Positions 54,147 to 63,630 of a DNA stretch of 64,000 nucleotides are shown piece by piece. The DNA is from a candidate division WOR-3 bacterium. GTDB lineage: Bacteria > Hydrothermota > Tepidihabitantia > Tepidihabitantales > Tepidihabitantaceae. Made by a program: the position numbers and the translations under genes. A model generated the notes under the pieces. The model was not told the DNA's origin and did no database searches. It saw nothing but the letters and a program-made list of their open reading frames with translations. The stretch lies in NCBI GenBank assembly GCA_965649205.1, contig CBFGJV010000005.1, forward strand, positions 12,506-76,505, in the 5' to 3' direction. How positions within the stretch are numbered: the first letter of the stretch is position 1; every line of letters starts with the position of its first letter.

Positions 54147-55022
54147 TCAGCTCTGTGGCGTACGAATCTGGAATTGCCAGCCATATTCAATATAACCCAC
54201 GGCAGCTGCCGTACGTTGAGAGGCCAGATTAGCATCAGAAGTGGTGTAAACGGGTATCCGGCCTGTTTCCAATACCGCTTTGGTGGTGTGGGATACGACT
54301 GTGCGGCCACAACCTTGGTTACGGAATTCTTCCAGCGTGCCAGGCACAGATACTTCTGCCACTTTGTCAGAAAGGTGGGGAGCCGGAAGCGTAGCAGCAA
54401 GGGAGATGAGCTTGGTGTCTCGGAACACGGCAAACGCTGTGCCGGCATGAATGGAGTGTTCCAGCCAGGGTCCGGGTAACATCCCGCTTTCTCTCACCGC
54501 GGGCAGGTCGGTAAGCAGAAGACGTCGGCAGGGATGGAGTTGGTGCATTCTGAGGGTGTCGGTCGTACAGTAGAGAATGGGGCCAGAGCTGGAGCCTACC
54601 CGCTGATGTATCCCCATAGTTTTGGCTACCGTCAGTACCAGCTGGCGGGCAAACTCCGGTCGCCGCAGATTGGCAAGTCCCATCGCTTTGGCAAAAGAGC
54701 CGACTGTCTTGAACAGGTTGTTTCGGACGGATATGGCACATCGGCTTTGGGTGATGATCATCCACACCGGGAAGGAGTCGGTATAGAAAGCTTCGGCGCG
54801 TTCCCTGCGGGGTGAGGCGACAATGACGGTCTGGCCCGGGGGAATGAGCCCTATGTCGCAACCCAGATAGGCGGAGAAATAGTCGTCGAGTACGGCAAGC
54901 GGTTGTTCTCCCAGCCCAGACCCGGCGCCAGTATTTTCGTGCTGTCCCACGCGGACAGGATACGATGGAGGCGAGCGGTGGTCAAGGTGGGAACGTGCTA
55001 CGCAGCAGAAAAGAAGAGGCAT
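54147..55022 (-). CDS. GNAT-family acetyltransferase-like protein (C-terminal domain)
   Basis: The C-terminal region has an acetyl-CoA-binding-type motif FRNQGCGRTV followed by ...YTTSDANLASQRTAAAVGY. The N-terminal half is unassigned. The start was set to ATG 55022 to avoid overlap with the upstream gene, so it is uncertain. Confidence 0.4.
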   Translation of the reverse strand: MPLLFCCVARSHLDHRSPPSYPVRVGQHENTGAGSGLGEQPLAVLDDYFSAYLGCDIGLIPPGQTVIVASPRRERAEAFYTDSFPVWMIITQSRCAISVRNNLFKTVGSFAKAMGLANLRRPEFARQLVLTVAKTMGIHQRVGSSSGPILYCTTDTLRMHQLHPCRRLLLTDLPAVRESGMLPGPWLEHSIHAGTAFAVFRDTKLISLAATLPAPHLSDKVAEVSVPGTLEEFRNQGCGRTVVSHTTKAVLETGRIPVYTTSDANLASQRTAAAVGYIEYGWQFQIRTPQS

Positions 55023-55051
55023 AGACAAGCAGAATCTTACCTGCTTGGGTA

Positions 55052-57637
55052 TCAGCGCAGATATGTTACACGGCATAGGCGATTCTGCAGGGAATGGCGG
55101 GAACGGAGAAAGTACAGTCCGGAGCCGACTTCCTTGTCTGGACGCCAGACGGCAATGCCGGGTTCCAAGAGGGCAATACGTCTTCCTGTCGCATCCAAGA
55201 CCTCGACAGCTGCATCAGACGGAGCGCTGATGTTACAGGCCAGTCGGAACGGGTTGGGCCAGGCCAGGATAGCGTCTGCGGGGCGAGCGGGTAGAGGATT
55301 ATGGGGTTCAGAAATTGCCGCGCCGGAGCAGAGCCAGGTCAGCAGCCGAGACAGGAAAGCGGGGCGGGTGAGAAAGTCAGGGCGGGCATTAGGGCGGTTC
55401 ACAGCCTCGAAGCCGAATCCGAGCAGAATTATTCTGGCGCCCGAACCGGGCAGTTCCTTGCGTATGCCGGCGCCTACGTTGGTAATGGTATCATACACCA
55501 AGAGGCGAGCTGCGCTGCCCAGGGGAGATACTACGTCGCGCGAGTTCTGATTACCGGCGCCGTCACCGCCGGCTGTGGAGGTGGCGTGGATAGTTCGACC
55601 TATCTCGTCCTGTCTGTTTCCGTACACAGAGAACTGTCGCCAGCCAGACGAATCAAAGCGGCAGCCCACCAGGCTTTCCAGAAAACTGGTACCGGCCAGT
55701 TCCTGCGCTATGTTTTGGCCGGTAAGCAGTAGATTTATCCCTCGCGCCGAGAGTGCTGTGAGACTGTCGCGGTCTTCGGGCGGTATTGTGCCGGTAGTGG
55801 TGTTTCCGGAAAACCAAATGAGGGTACGAGCCCGCAGTTCCGGACAGCGGGCATAAGGGGGAAGACCCTGAGTCCGGCGGTGCCAGATATAGTTTGTGTA
55901 ACCGAGGGTGTCCAGAGTACGGGTGTAGTAGGCATCATACTGCTCTAAGGTGTCGTTGTTTATTACCAGTATTTGGGCAGGTCTGGTAACAAGAGTGAGG
56001 GAGGTGTCGCATGAGACAAACAGGTTCCAGTGTCTGGTGCTATAGGGAAATGACTGTTCCTGTGTGAGGGTTATGAGTGTGTCCAGTACCCGAAGGCGGA
56101 ATTGCCCCAGGCTGTCGGTTACGGTTGAGTCCAGTATGGTGGGGCTGCCCTGTATTCTGGCGGTAAGGCGCGCGGTGATAGGCGAGCCGGTTACTGAATC
56201 GGCGAGGATGCCGGAAACTGAAAAGCGGCCGTATACCTTTATGCGCACCCGACTGGTGTCGTTGGCCCGGTTCAGGTCAGGAATGGCCTGGGCGATGGCC
56301 TCAAACTCATAAATGCCGGGCAGGCTGGCAAGGTGAGAGGGAAAGTCGGCAGCCGTGTCTATGGCCACGAAGGGGAAATTGGTGTAATGCTTGGTGTGAG
56401 TGTAGTCGTTCGTGCGAACAGTGAAAGGAAAGGTTTCCGGGGAAAGTCCCACGTTGGCCACCGCGGGCAGGATGCGAATTGTGTCACCCGCGATGTATAC
56501 TTTTTTCGGGTCGGGCGAGACGAATTCCAGCGCGCAGATGTCGTGTCCATATGTCGTGGTTACATACACATCCATACCCATGAAGACAAGATAAGTGGAA
56601 ACCCAGGTTTGATCCTGAGTGGGCGGGTCGGTCCAGGTGGCGGGAATGCCGCCGTCGCGGTCCGTGTCCTGCTGCAGCAGAGTGTCGAGAAGATACTGAT
56701 GCATAAGCCACCAAGATCGTCTGTGCCCGAGCTCGGCCGCGGCCCGATAAGCGTTGGCGAGCCAGATGTTGTGGGAGCAGTTCCATATGCCGGTGGGATA
56801 GAATCCAGGCAGAGAATCGGCGTATTTCTCCACCCATTGTTTGCCCAGCACAGTATCGTCGCGGCCCACGGTACGGCATACACCCCAGAAGGCAGTACCG
56901 CCAGACATTGCCCAGTCACCACGGCCCAGAGCGTTTGCCGCATCACTCTCGATCCAGGACTTGATGCGGTACCCGCGGGCAAGGGCGGTGTCGCGGAGCA
57001 CGGCCAGATTGCGCTGCAAAGCGTATTCGTAAGCCATGCCGGAAGACTGGGCAGTGACATAGTTGTCACGATAGCCGGCAGCTGGCAGGGGATTGCGCAG
57101 ATAGAATCCGGCGCAGGAGTCAGCGTAGGAGCGGAAGGTGGAATCCTGGTAGGCGCGGCGGTACTGAGGTTCCACCATCATCGCCAGGCCACAATTCCAG
57201 ACAGCATACCAGGTGTGTTGCGGGTTGCCGGAGTGCTCCCAGTATGCCGGGTGGTTGAGCACATATATCCAGGCTCGCCGTATGTTTTCCCGATAGTCGT
57301 CGCGGCCGGTCAATTCATACCAGCGCGACCATATCCAGATTGCTTCCTGGGTGTTGTCGGTCTCAATGACATTGGGCATGTGTTCTGCTTCGATGATACC
57401 GCCATAGTCCGGGGAAGTGGAGTCGGTGACCTGCCAGCGCGCCGTGAAGTCGCAGACCATCTTGAACCGTTCCAAATAGTTGAAACGGCGCGGGCCCTGG
57501 AGCAGTTCCAACTGCTGTGGAAGCACTTCAGGTCGGTACTCGCGGTAGAAGTTTTCAGATTCCAGTTCTGTCCAGGCACGAGTGGCGAATGCCACCGTCA
57601 CCAAGCTGGCGGCGAAGACAAATATCCTGATACGCAC
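55052..57637 (-). CDS. Large secreted multidomain protein of unknown function with T9SS/FlgD-Ig-type CTD
   Basis: Signal peptide MRIRIFVFAASLVTVAFA. A Trp/Tyr-rich helical N-terminal ~330 aa may form an alpha/alpha toroid. Beta-rich middle domains follow. C-terminus WPNPFRLACNISAPSDAAVEVLDATGRRIALLE...GSGLYFLRS...CRVTYLR. Confidence 0.6.
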   Translation of the reverse strand: MRIRIFVFAASLVTVAFATRAWTELESENFYREYRPEVLPQQLELLQGPRRFNYLERFKMVCDFTARWQVTDSTSPDYGGIIEAEHMPNVIETDNTQEAIWIWSRWYELTGRDDYRENIRRAWIYVLNHPAYWEHSGNPQHTWYAVWNCGLAMMVEPQYRRAYQDSTFRSYADSCAGFYLRNPLPAAGYRDNYVTAQSSGMAYEYALQRNLAVLRDTALARGYRIKSWIESDAANALGRGDWAMSGGTAFWGVCRTVGRDDTVLGKQWVEKYADSLPGFYPTGIWNCSHNIWLANAYRAAAELGHRRSWWLMHQYLLDTLLQQDTDRDGGIPATWTDPPTQDQTWVSTYLVFMGMDVYVTTTYGHDICALEFVSPDPKKVYIAGDTIRILPAVANVGLSPETFPFTVRTNDYTHTKHYTNFPFVAIDTAADFPSHLASLPGIYEFEAIAQAIPDLNRANDTSRVRIKVYGRFSVSGILADSVTGSPITARLTARIQGSPTILDSTVTDSLGQFRLRVLDTLITLTQEQSFPYSTRHWNLFVSCDTSLTLVTRPAQILVINNDTLEQYDAYYTRTLDTLGYTNYIWHRRTQGLPPYARCPELRARTLIWFSGNTTTGTIPPEDRDSLTALSARGINLLLTGQNIAQELAGTSFLESLVGCRFDSSGWRQFSVYGNRQDEIGRTIHATSTAGGDGAGNQNSRDVVSPLGSAARLLVYDTITNVGAGIRKELPGSGARIILLGFGFEAVNRPNARPDFLTRPAFLSRLLTWLCSGAAISEPHNPLPARPADAILAWPNPFRLACNISAPSDAAVEVLDATGRRIALLEPGIAVWRPDKEVGSGLYFLRSRHSLQNRLCRVTYLR

Positions 57638-57701
57638 CTAGTCCTCCATTCTGGTAAATAGACTGAAAGCCCGAAATTCTACATACGAAAAGCCGGCCGG
57701 T

Positions 57702-59144
57702 CTAGCGTACGCGTCTAGTGTATTCGAAACGGGAAACCAGGCCGGGCAGGGCTATCCAGAGGTAACGTTCGTCCGCATAGAGACCGGTAATATGGGTGCT
57801 GGGCAGGCCGGTGGAAGCATCAATGGTGGTGCTGAAGAACGCGGGCTCCCCGGCCGAAGTACTTCGGTACACGGTAATGCCGGAGCCGTTGTCAAAGAAT
57901 ACGGTTTCTCCATAGGCTGTCAGGTTGCTGACCGGTCTGCCCAAATTGAAGCCGGGCGGTATGATTTGTTGCCAATTGCCTTCTCTATCCCGCAGGAGTA
58001 ATCCGCCCAGGGTGCCGAACCAGGTGAGTCCGCTTTCAGTCTGAGCAAGAGCATAAACCCCGAATCTGGTCCGTCCGAAAGGGTCCACCATTTCGGTCAG
58101 TTTGTCGCCTGTGGTTACATACAGTCCCATGTCTGTCCCGATGAGAATGGAATCGTTTAGTCGCCCCAGGGCATTTATTGATGTCTCTAGGTCAAGTATC
58201 CGGGTAAGGTCGCCGTGCGGGCCAAGGGCGTAAAGAGCTTCTTCTGTACCCAGCCAGGTGGTCAGAGATTCGGCCAGTATGGCGTTGATGCATTCCCGGC
58301 GTTGCAAGTCGCGCAGACCCCAGGAAAGGAGTCGGGAGCCAAAGCCGGGAAGGTCGCCTGGTTTGGTGCGGAAATAGGTCCAGTTTCCCTGCTGATCAAC
58401 GGAGACGGTCCACTCGTTGCCGGTGAGCCACAATTCGTCGTCAATACGGGTAATCCGGTTTACGCGGTCCGCGGTGGGGCCATAGCGGATGTGGTTGAGG
58501 GGCATGCCAAAACTCAGTGAATACACGGTCACTCCGTAGTCTTTTGCCGCCACATACAGTCGGCGGCTGTAGGGGTCTTTGTACACCCGCGTCATTTTGT
58601 GGGTGTTCAGCTGGTGGTCGGTAAGATAGTAGGGAACAAGAAATACATAGTTTTCAGGTTTGGAGGTGTCACGTTGACCATACCAGAGCAGCTCTCCTTT
58701 TATGGAGGAAACTCTTTCGTAGCGGTCCAAAAGACGTTCCTTGACGAATAGTCCCTGTTCGGTATCGAAGTAAGCTGCATCTTGGGCTATACCGATGGAG
58801 CGAACCTGCTGGAAAGGAGGCGAAAGTTTGGTGACACGGTCAGGGGTCTGCAGGTACTGGTACAGCCCGTTACTGGTGACGATGAAAAGGTCGCTGCGGA
58901 TGGGGTTGTAGGCGCAGAGGCGCACGTCTCCGGACAGACCGTCAGCCGCCGTGAGGGTGCGCACCGGGCGCAAGGTCATTCTGTCCAGTACATACACGCC
59001 AGCCGGTACGGCTATGTATAGATTTTCCGGACTGGCGGTGATACAGCGAATATCATCCATGGCAGGATAGTGCATCCATTCGGAAGGGCGGTACAAAGTG
59101 AAGAAACTAATTAGGAAAAGGAAACTGGACAGATTCATGCGCAC
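57702..59144 (-). CDS. Exported beta-propeller repeat protein (two-component-regulator-propeller-like repeats)
   Basis: Hydrophobic N-terminus. Repeated segments of type ...LYIAVPAGVYVLD..., ...SNGLYQY..., ...LWIALPGLVSRFE... . Confidence 0.5.
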   Translation of the reverse strand: MRMNLSSFLFLISFFTLYRPSEWMHYPAMDDIRCITASPENLYIAVPAGVYVLDRMTLRPVRTLTAADGLSGDVRLCAYNPIRSDLFIVTSNGLYQYLQTPDRVTKLSPPFQQVRSIGIAQDAAYFDTEQGLFVKERLLDRYERVSSIKGELLWYGQRDTSKPENYVFLVPYYLTDHQLNTHKMTRVYKDPYSRRLYVAAKDYGVTVYSLSFGMPLNHIRYGPTADRVNRITRIDDELWLTGNEWTVSVDQQGNWTYFRTKPGDLPGFGSRLLSWGLRDLQRRECINAILAESLTTWLGTEEALYALGPHGDLTRILDLETSINALGRLNDSILIGTDMGLYVTTGDKLTEMVDPFGRTRFGVYALAQTESGLTWFGTLGGLLLRDREGNWQQIIPPGFNLGRPVSNLTAYGETVFFDNGSGITVYRSTSAGEPAFFSTTIDASTGLPSTHITGLYADERYLWIALPGLVSRFEYTRRVR

Positions 59145-60724
59145 AGCCCTCTTGATTTCCTGTTACGGTTGTCCCGGCCGGTGAGGGTCCGGAATGCGGC
59201 GGGCAGGTAGTCAATCAGGTCTTCGGCACCCAGACAATACTCGGTGAGAGCGGGCACCGCGATGTCGGCGGCAAGACCATGCAGAAACACGGCTGCCACT
59301 GCGGCCTGGAAAGTACTTGCTCCTGTGGCCAGAATACCGGCCAGAAGTCCGGTCAGAACATCTCCCGTACCGCCGCTTGCCAGACCGCAATTGCCGGTGG
59401 AGTTCACGTACACTTTACCGTCAGGCGTTCCGGTCACGGTTGGGGCTCCCTTGAGCACGAGGGTCTGATTCCATTCTTTGGCGAGTGTGCGAGTCAGGTT
59501 GATGCGGTCGGCGTTCACCCGGGCCGGCTCAATGCCGGTGAGCCGGGAGAGTTCGCCCGGATGAGGCGTGAGTACCGCACAGGCCCGCAGTTGCGGTATG
59601 AGAGAGGTATGGCTGGCCAGGATATTTAACGCATCAGCATCTATTACTACAGGTTTTGTGACTTGAAGGAGGAAATCACGCAGCAGTTCACTAGTCGAGG
59701 GATGAGTGGTAAGGCCAGGTCCGACAGCGACAGAGGTGGAAACTTCTGCCTGTTCCAGAAGCAGGGGGAGGGCGGAGGAAGAGATTGTATGCTCTTCGGT
59801 TTCGGGGAGGGGCAGTTTGATTGCCTCTACCACCCTGCCGGCGACAATGGGAGTAATACTCGCAGGAGTGGCCAGACGCACCAGTCCGCAGCCAGAACGC
59901 ACCGCGGCCTTGCCAGCCAGGCAGGCGGCACCGGAAAAGCGGGGTGAACCGCAGATGAGAAGACAGGAACCAAAGGTTCCCTTATGCCCATCTGCAGGCC
60001 GGGGTGGAAGCACAGAGCGGACATAATCGGCGTCAACCAGAAAAGTGTCGGCACCCTGATTCAGTAAGGCGGGCGGTATGCCGATGTCGGTTATGGCCAG
60101 TCTGCCGGTGTGGGCGGCAGCAGGAAAAAGTACGTGGCCGAATTTGGGCAGAGCCATAGTGACTGTCAGGTCGGCGTAAACTGCCGGCTCAAAGCTGTTG
60201 CCGGTGTCTGCGTCCACGCCGGAGGGCAAATCTACGCTTACCGTGTAACGTTTAGCTCTGTTGATGGCGGCTATGGCCTGTGCAAACAGTCCCTGGGGCG
60301 GCTGGGAAAGCCCGGTGCCGAAAATGGCATCAATTACGATGTCCGCCTGCTGGAGAATCGTTTCCAAGTCTGCGATATTGCTGAGCTCAATTATGCTTAT
60401 ACCCGCCTGGAGTAGTCTTTCCGCATTGGTACGAGCGTCTCCCTTCAGGTTTTTCAGGCTGCCCAGGAGCGTACACACCGGGTCTGCACCCTTTGCCTGC
60501 AGATAGCGGCAGCATACGAATCCGTCGCCACCGTTGTTGCCCGGACCACACACGACCGCAACTCGCTTGCCACGGAGGTTGCCCACTTCTTTTTCCAGAT
60601 GTTCTATTACTCCGCGGCCGGCGTTTTCCATAAGTGTCAGACCGGGAATGCCCAGATTTTCTATGGCCTGCCGGTCAATTTCCTTCATTTGTCTGGCAGT
60701 GACAAGGCGGTACATCGATGACAA
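59135..60724 (-). CDS. nnr: Bifunctional NAD(P)H-hydrate repair enzyme (epimerase / ADP-dependent dehydratase)
   Basis: YjeF_N motif VVCGPGNNGGDGFV and a C-terminal carbohydrate-kinase-type domain with GGTGDVLTGLLAG. 529 aa. Confidence 0.92.
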   Translation of the reverse strand: MSSMYRLVTARQMKEIDRQAIENLGIPGLTLMENAGRGVIEHLEKEVGNLRGKRVAVVCGPGNNGGDGFVCCRYLQAKGADPVCTLLGSLKNLKGDARTNAERLLQAGISIIELSNIADLETILQQADIVIDAIFGTGLSQPPQGLFAQAIAAINRAKRYTVSVDLPSGVDADTGNSFEPAVYADLTVTMALPKFGHVLFPAAAHTGRLAITDIGIPPALLNQGADTFLVDADYVRSVLPPRPADGHKGTFGSCLLICGSPRFSGAACLAGKAAVRSGCGLVRLATPASITPIVAGRVVEAIKLPLPETEEHTISSSALPLLLEQAEVSTSVAVGPGLTTHPSTSELLRDFLLQVTKPVVIDADALNILASHTSLIPQLRACAVLTPHPGELSRLTGIEPARVNADRINLTRTLAKEWNQTLVLKGAPTVTGTPDGKVYVNSTGNCGLASGGTGDVLTGLLAGILATGASTFQAAVAAVFLHGLAADIAVPALTEYCLGAEDLIDYLPAAFRTLTGRDNRNRKSRGLCA

Positions 60725-60794
60725 AGGATTATAGGGTAGGGGTAGTGAGTGTCAATCAGGCGGGAAAACCAGGCGGAAATCCCCGTATAAGCCA

Positions 60795-60823
60795 TTGACA
60801 AATTGGCCAGTCAAGGTTAGACT
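60795..60823 (+). promoter_or_regulatory. Sigma70-like promoter of buk-iorAB, leaderless geometry
   Basis: TTGACA (60795-60800), a 17-nt spacer, TAGACT (60818-60823), 7 nt, GTG 60831. The track's TTG start is the -35 box itself. Confidence 0.5.
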
Positions 60824-60830
60824 AGGCCAA

Positions 60831-61919
60831 GTGGTTATTCTCGCTGTCAATCCGGGTGGAACGTCCACCAAGGTGGCTGTTTTCAGAAACAGACGCCAGG
60901 TATTCAGCGAAAATATCGAACATCCCACGGTTCAGCTGGGTAAGTACAAGATGGTACTGGACCAGTACCGTTTTCGGAAACAGACCGTGCTGGACGCTCT
61001 GAACAGCCATGGAATTGACCCGAAGACAATTGACGCCATAGTGAGCCGGGGCGGGCCGCTGCAGCCGGTTCCTGGCGGCGTGTACAGAATTACCCCGCGG
61101 GTAATTTCAGACATACGCCAAGGACGGGTGCAGACCATACATCCTTCTCTGCTGGGACCATTGGTGAGTCACGAGCTGGCAGAAGAACTTGGCGTGGAGG
61201 CGTACTTTGTGGACCCGGAGTCCACAGATGAGTTCTGGGATGTTGCCCGCCCGACTGGTCTTAAGGGTATTTACCGAACCGCTCTTTCCCACGCACTTAG
61301 TTGCCGTACGGTAGCTAGGCAGGCCGCGAAACGGATAAAGAAACCATACGAGCAGTGCAATTTCGTGGTAGCGCATCTGGGTTCGGGCTTTACCATCGCC
61401 GCGCATCTGCAGGGCAGACAGGTGGATGCGACGAATGCAAACGAGGACGGGCCTTTCTCGCCCCAGCGGGCCGGCACTTTGCCTTCGTCCGGGCTGATAA
61501 GGCTTTGTTTTTCCGGCCGGTACTCAGAACGGGATGTACTGGACCTGGTGCAGAGACGGGGCGGTCTGGTTTCTTATTTCGGAACCGATGATTTCCGGGT
61601 TCTGGAGGACCTGGTGCAGAAAGGCAACAAGATGGCGGAGACTGTGTATGAGGCGATGGTGTACAACATAGCGAAGTACATCGGTGCCTATGCGGTGCTG
61701 GCGCGTGGCAAACTGGATGGCGTGCTGGTGACAGGAGGACTGGCTAAGTCAAAGCGTCTGGTGGTTGATTTGCGCCGGTGGGTAGGACATCTGAGTCCCC
61801 GTTTTCTGGTTTTTCCCGGAGAGGAAGAAATGCCGGCGCTGGTGTTTCGTCTGTTGTCTGCACTTGCCGGGGAGGAGAAAGTGAAGGTGTATGAAAAAGA
61901 GATTACTTTCAGGCGATGA
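60831..61919 (+). CDS. buk: Butyrate (branched-chain/short-chain acyl) kinase
   Basis: VILAVNPGGTSTKVAVF at the N-terminus, AHLGSGFTIAAH...DATNA and VTGGLAKS match acetate/butyrate kinase (ASKHA) motifs and butyrate-kinase length. Confidence 0.88.
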   Translation: MVILAVNPGGTSTKVAVFRNRRQVFSENIEHPTVQLGKYKMVLDQYRFRKQTVLDALNSHGIDPKTIDAIVSRGGPLQPVPGGVYRITPRVISDIRQGRVQTIHPSLLGPLVSHELAEELGVEAYFVDPESTDEFWDVARPTGLKGIYRTALSHALSCRTVARQAAKRIKKPYEQCNFVVAHLGSGFTIAAHLQGRQVDATNANEDGPFSPQRAGTLPSSGLIRLCFSGRYSERDVLDLVQRRGGLVSYFGTDDFRVLEDLVQKGNKMAETVYEAMVYNIAKYIGAYAVLARGKLDGVLVTGGLAKSKRLVVDLRRWVGHLSPRFLVFPGEEEMPALVFRLLSALAGEEKVKVYEKEITFRR

Positions 61920-63630
61920 AGCAATAGCCCGTGGCGCCTGGGAAGCAGGTTGTCGCGTGGCCGCAGCCTATCCCGGGACGCCTTCAACCGAAATCCTGGA
62001 AAATCTGGCCGAGTACAAGCAAGTATACTGCGAATGGTCTGTCAACGAAAAGGTAGCCCTGGAAGTAGCGCTGGGAGCTTCTATCAGTGGTGCACGGGCC
62101 CTGGCCGCGATGAAGCATGTGGGTCTGAACGTGGCGGCCGACCCGTTGTTTTCCTCTGCCTATATCGGAGCGCGAGGCGGGCTGGTGGTAGTTACAGCCG
62201 ACGATCCGGGTCTGCATTCTTCCCAGAACGAGCAGGATAACCGTTTCTACGGACTGGCGGCCAAGCTGCCTGTCTTGTGTCCGGCAGACAGTCAGGAGTG
62301 CAAGGACTTCACCAGGCTGGCCTTTGACATTTCTGAGCAGTATGACATTCCTGTGCTTATCCGGATTACCACCCGCGTGGCACATTCCAGTTCGGCGGTG
62401 GAACTGGGAGAAAGAGAAGAGCGTCCCCCCAAGGGTTATGAGAAACTGATTACCAAGAACATCATTCTTCCCGCATTTGCGAAGAAGCGACACGCGGATT
62501 TGGAACTGAGGCTGGACCGGTTACGCGAATATGCTGAGAGCACGCCGATAAATCGAAGTGAGCCCGGAGAAAAGAAACTGGGTATCATCTGCGACGGTGT
62601 AGCCTACCAGTATGCCCGCGAGGTTTTTCCCCAAGCGTCGGTTCTGAAGCTGGGAATGGTGCACCCGTTCCCGGCGGAACTGGTGCGCAGGTTTGCCGCG
62701 GGCGTGGAGCAGTTGGTGGTGGTAGAAGAAGGGGATCAGTTTCTGGAGTTGCAGGTGCGGGCCCTGGGGTTTACTCCGGTGGGTAAGGGTACGTTGCCCA
62801 GATGGGATGAGCTTAGTCCGGCAGTGATACGCAAGTCCCTGAGTGGATTTCTGGACGGAGAAAGCGGAAGATTAGACGGACATAAACCTGAGCCCAATAT
62901 TCCTCCCCGGCCGCCGGCGCTATGTCCGGGTTGTCCGCACACTGGTATTTTCTATGCGCTGCAGAAGCAGCCGTTGATAATCGGAGGGGATATAGGATGC
63001 TATACGTTGGGTGCGTTGCCGCCGCATAATGCGATGGATACTTGCATTGACATGGGTGCTTCCATCACCTTTGCCCACGGCTGCGACAAGGCGCTGGGCA
63101 ACACGGATGCAAGAAGACGGGTGGCGTTTATCGGTGACTCCACGTTCTTCCATTCGGGCATCACCGGGCTTTTGAATACGGTGTATAACAAGGCGGATGT
63201 GGTAACCATCATTTCGGATAACCGCACCACCGGGATGACTGGTCATCAGGAACATCCCGGCACCGGGAGGACGTTGCAGGGAGAGGAAACAGCCGTCATT
63301 GAGCTGGAAGCCATAGCTCGGGCCTGCGGGGTCAAGAATGCAGTTACAGTTGACCCCTATCAGGTGCGGGAGACAAGAAAGAAGGTAAGGGAAGTGCTGA
63401 AGCAGCCGGGGCCGGCGGTGATAATATCGCGCCGCGCCTGTGCTCTGCATATACGGCTGCATAATCCCCCCAAAAAGGTTGACCGAGAGAAGTGCATCGG
63501 GTGCAAGACGTGTCTGGCACTCGGCTGTCCGGCGCTGACTATGGTGGAGGGCAAGTCTTTCATTCAGGATACGGTGTGCGTGGGCTGCGGAATGTGCGCG
63601 GATGTGTGTCCCAAGGGAGCTATAGCATGA
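61891..63630 (+). CDS. iorA: Indolepyruvate:ferredoxin oxidoreductase subunit alpha
   Basis: LLSGDEAIARGAWEAG...AAYPGTPSTEI, the TPP-binding region GDSTFFHSG, and a C-terminal 2x[4Fe-4S] region (CIGCKTC...CP, CVGCGMCADVCP). Confidence 0.92.
   Translation: MKKRLLSGDEAIARGAWEAGCRVAAAYPGTPSTEILENLAEYKQVYCEWSVNEKVALEVALGASISGARALAAMKHVGLNVAADPLFSSAYIGARGGLVVVTADDPGLHSSQNEQDNRFYGLAAKLPVLCPADSQECKDFTRLAFDISEQYDIPVLIRITTRVAHSSSAVELGEREERPPKGYEKLITKNIILPAFAKKRHADLELRLDRLREYAESTPINRSEPGEKKLGIICDGVAYQYAREVFPQASVLKLGMVHPFPAELVRRFAAGVEQLVVVEEGDQFLELQVRALGFTPVGKGTLPRWDELSPAVIRKSLSGFLDGESGRLDGHKPEPNIPPRPPALCPGCPHTGIFYALQKQPLIIGGDIGCYTLGALPPHNAMDTCIDMGASITFAHGCDKALGNTDARRRVAFIGDSTFFHSGITGLLNTVYNKADVVTIISDNRTTGMTGHQEHPGTGRTLQGEETAVIELEAIARACGVKNAVTVDPYQVRETRKKVREVLKQPGPAVIISRRACALHIRLHNPPKKVDREKCIGCKTCLALGCPALTMVEGKSFIQDTVCVGCGMCADVCPKGAIA

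Noticed and set aside
60795-60830. TTG 60795 as the butyrate kinase start (also TTG 45757 for the giant protein and TTG 16820 for the GyrI-like lipoprotein)
   Set aside because: The TTG at 60795 and at 45757 is the first triplet of a TTGACA/TTGCGT -35 hexamer with a correctly spaced -10 box downstream. The TTG at 16820 directly abuts a -10 box. Downstream starts give canonical N-termini: VVILAVNPGGTSTK, a signal peptide, and a lipobox with an AAGGAG RBS.
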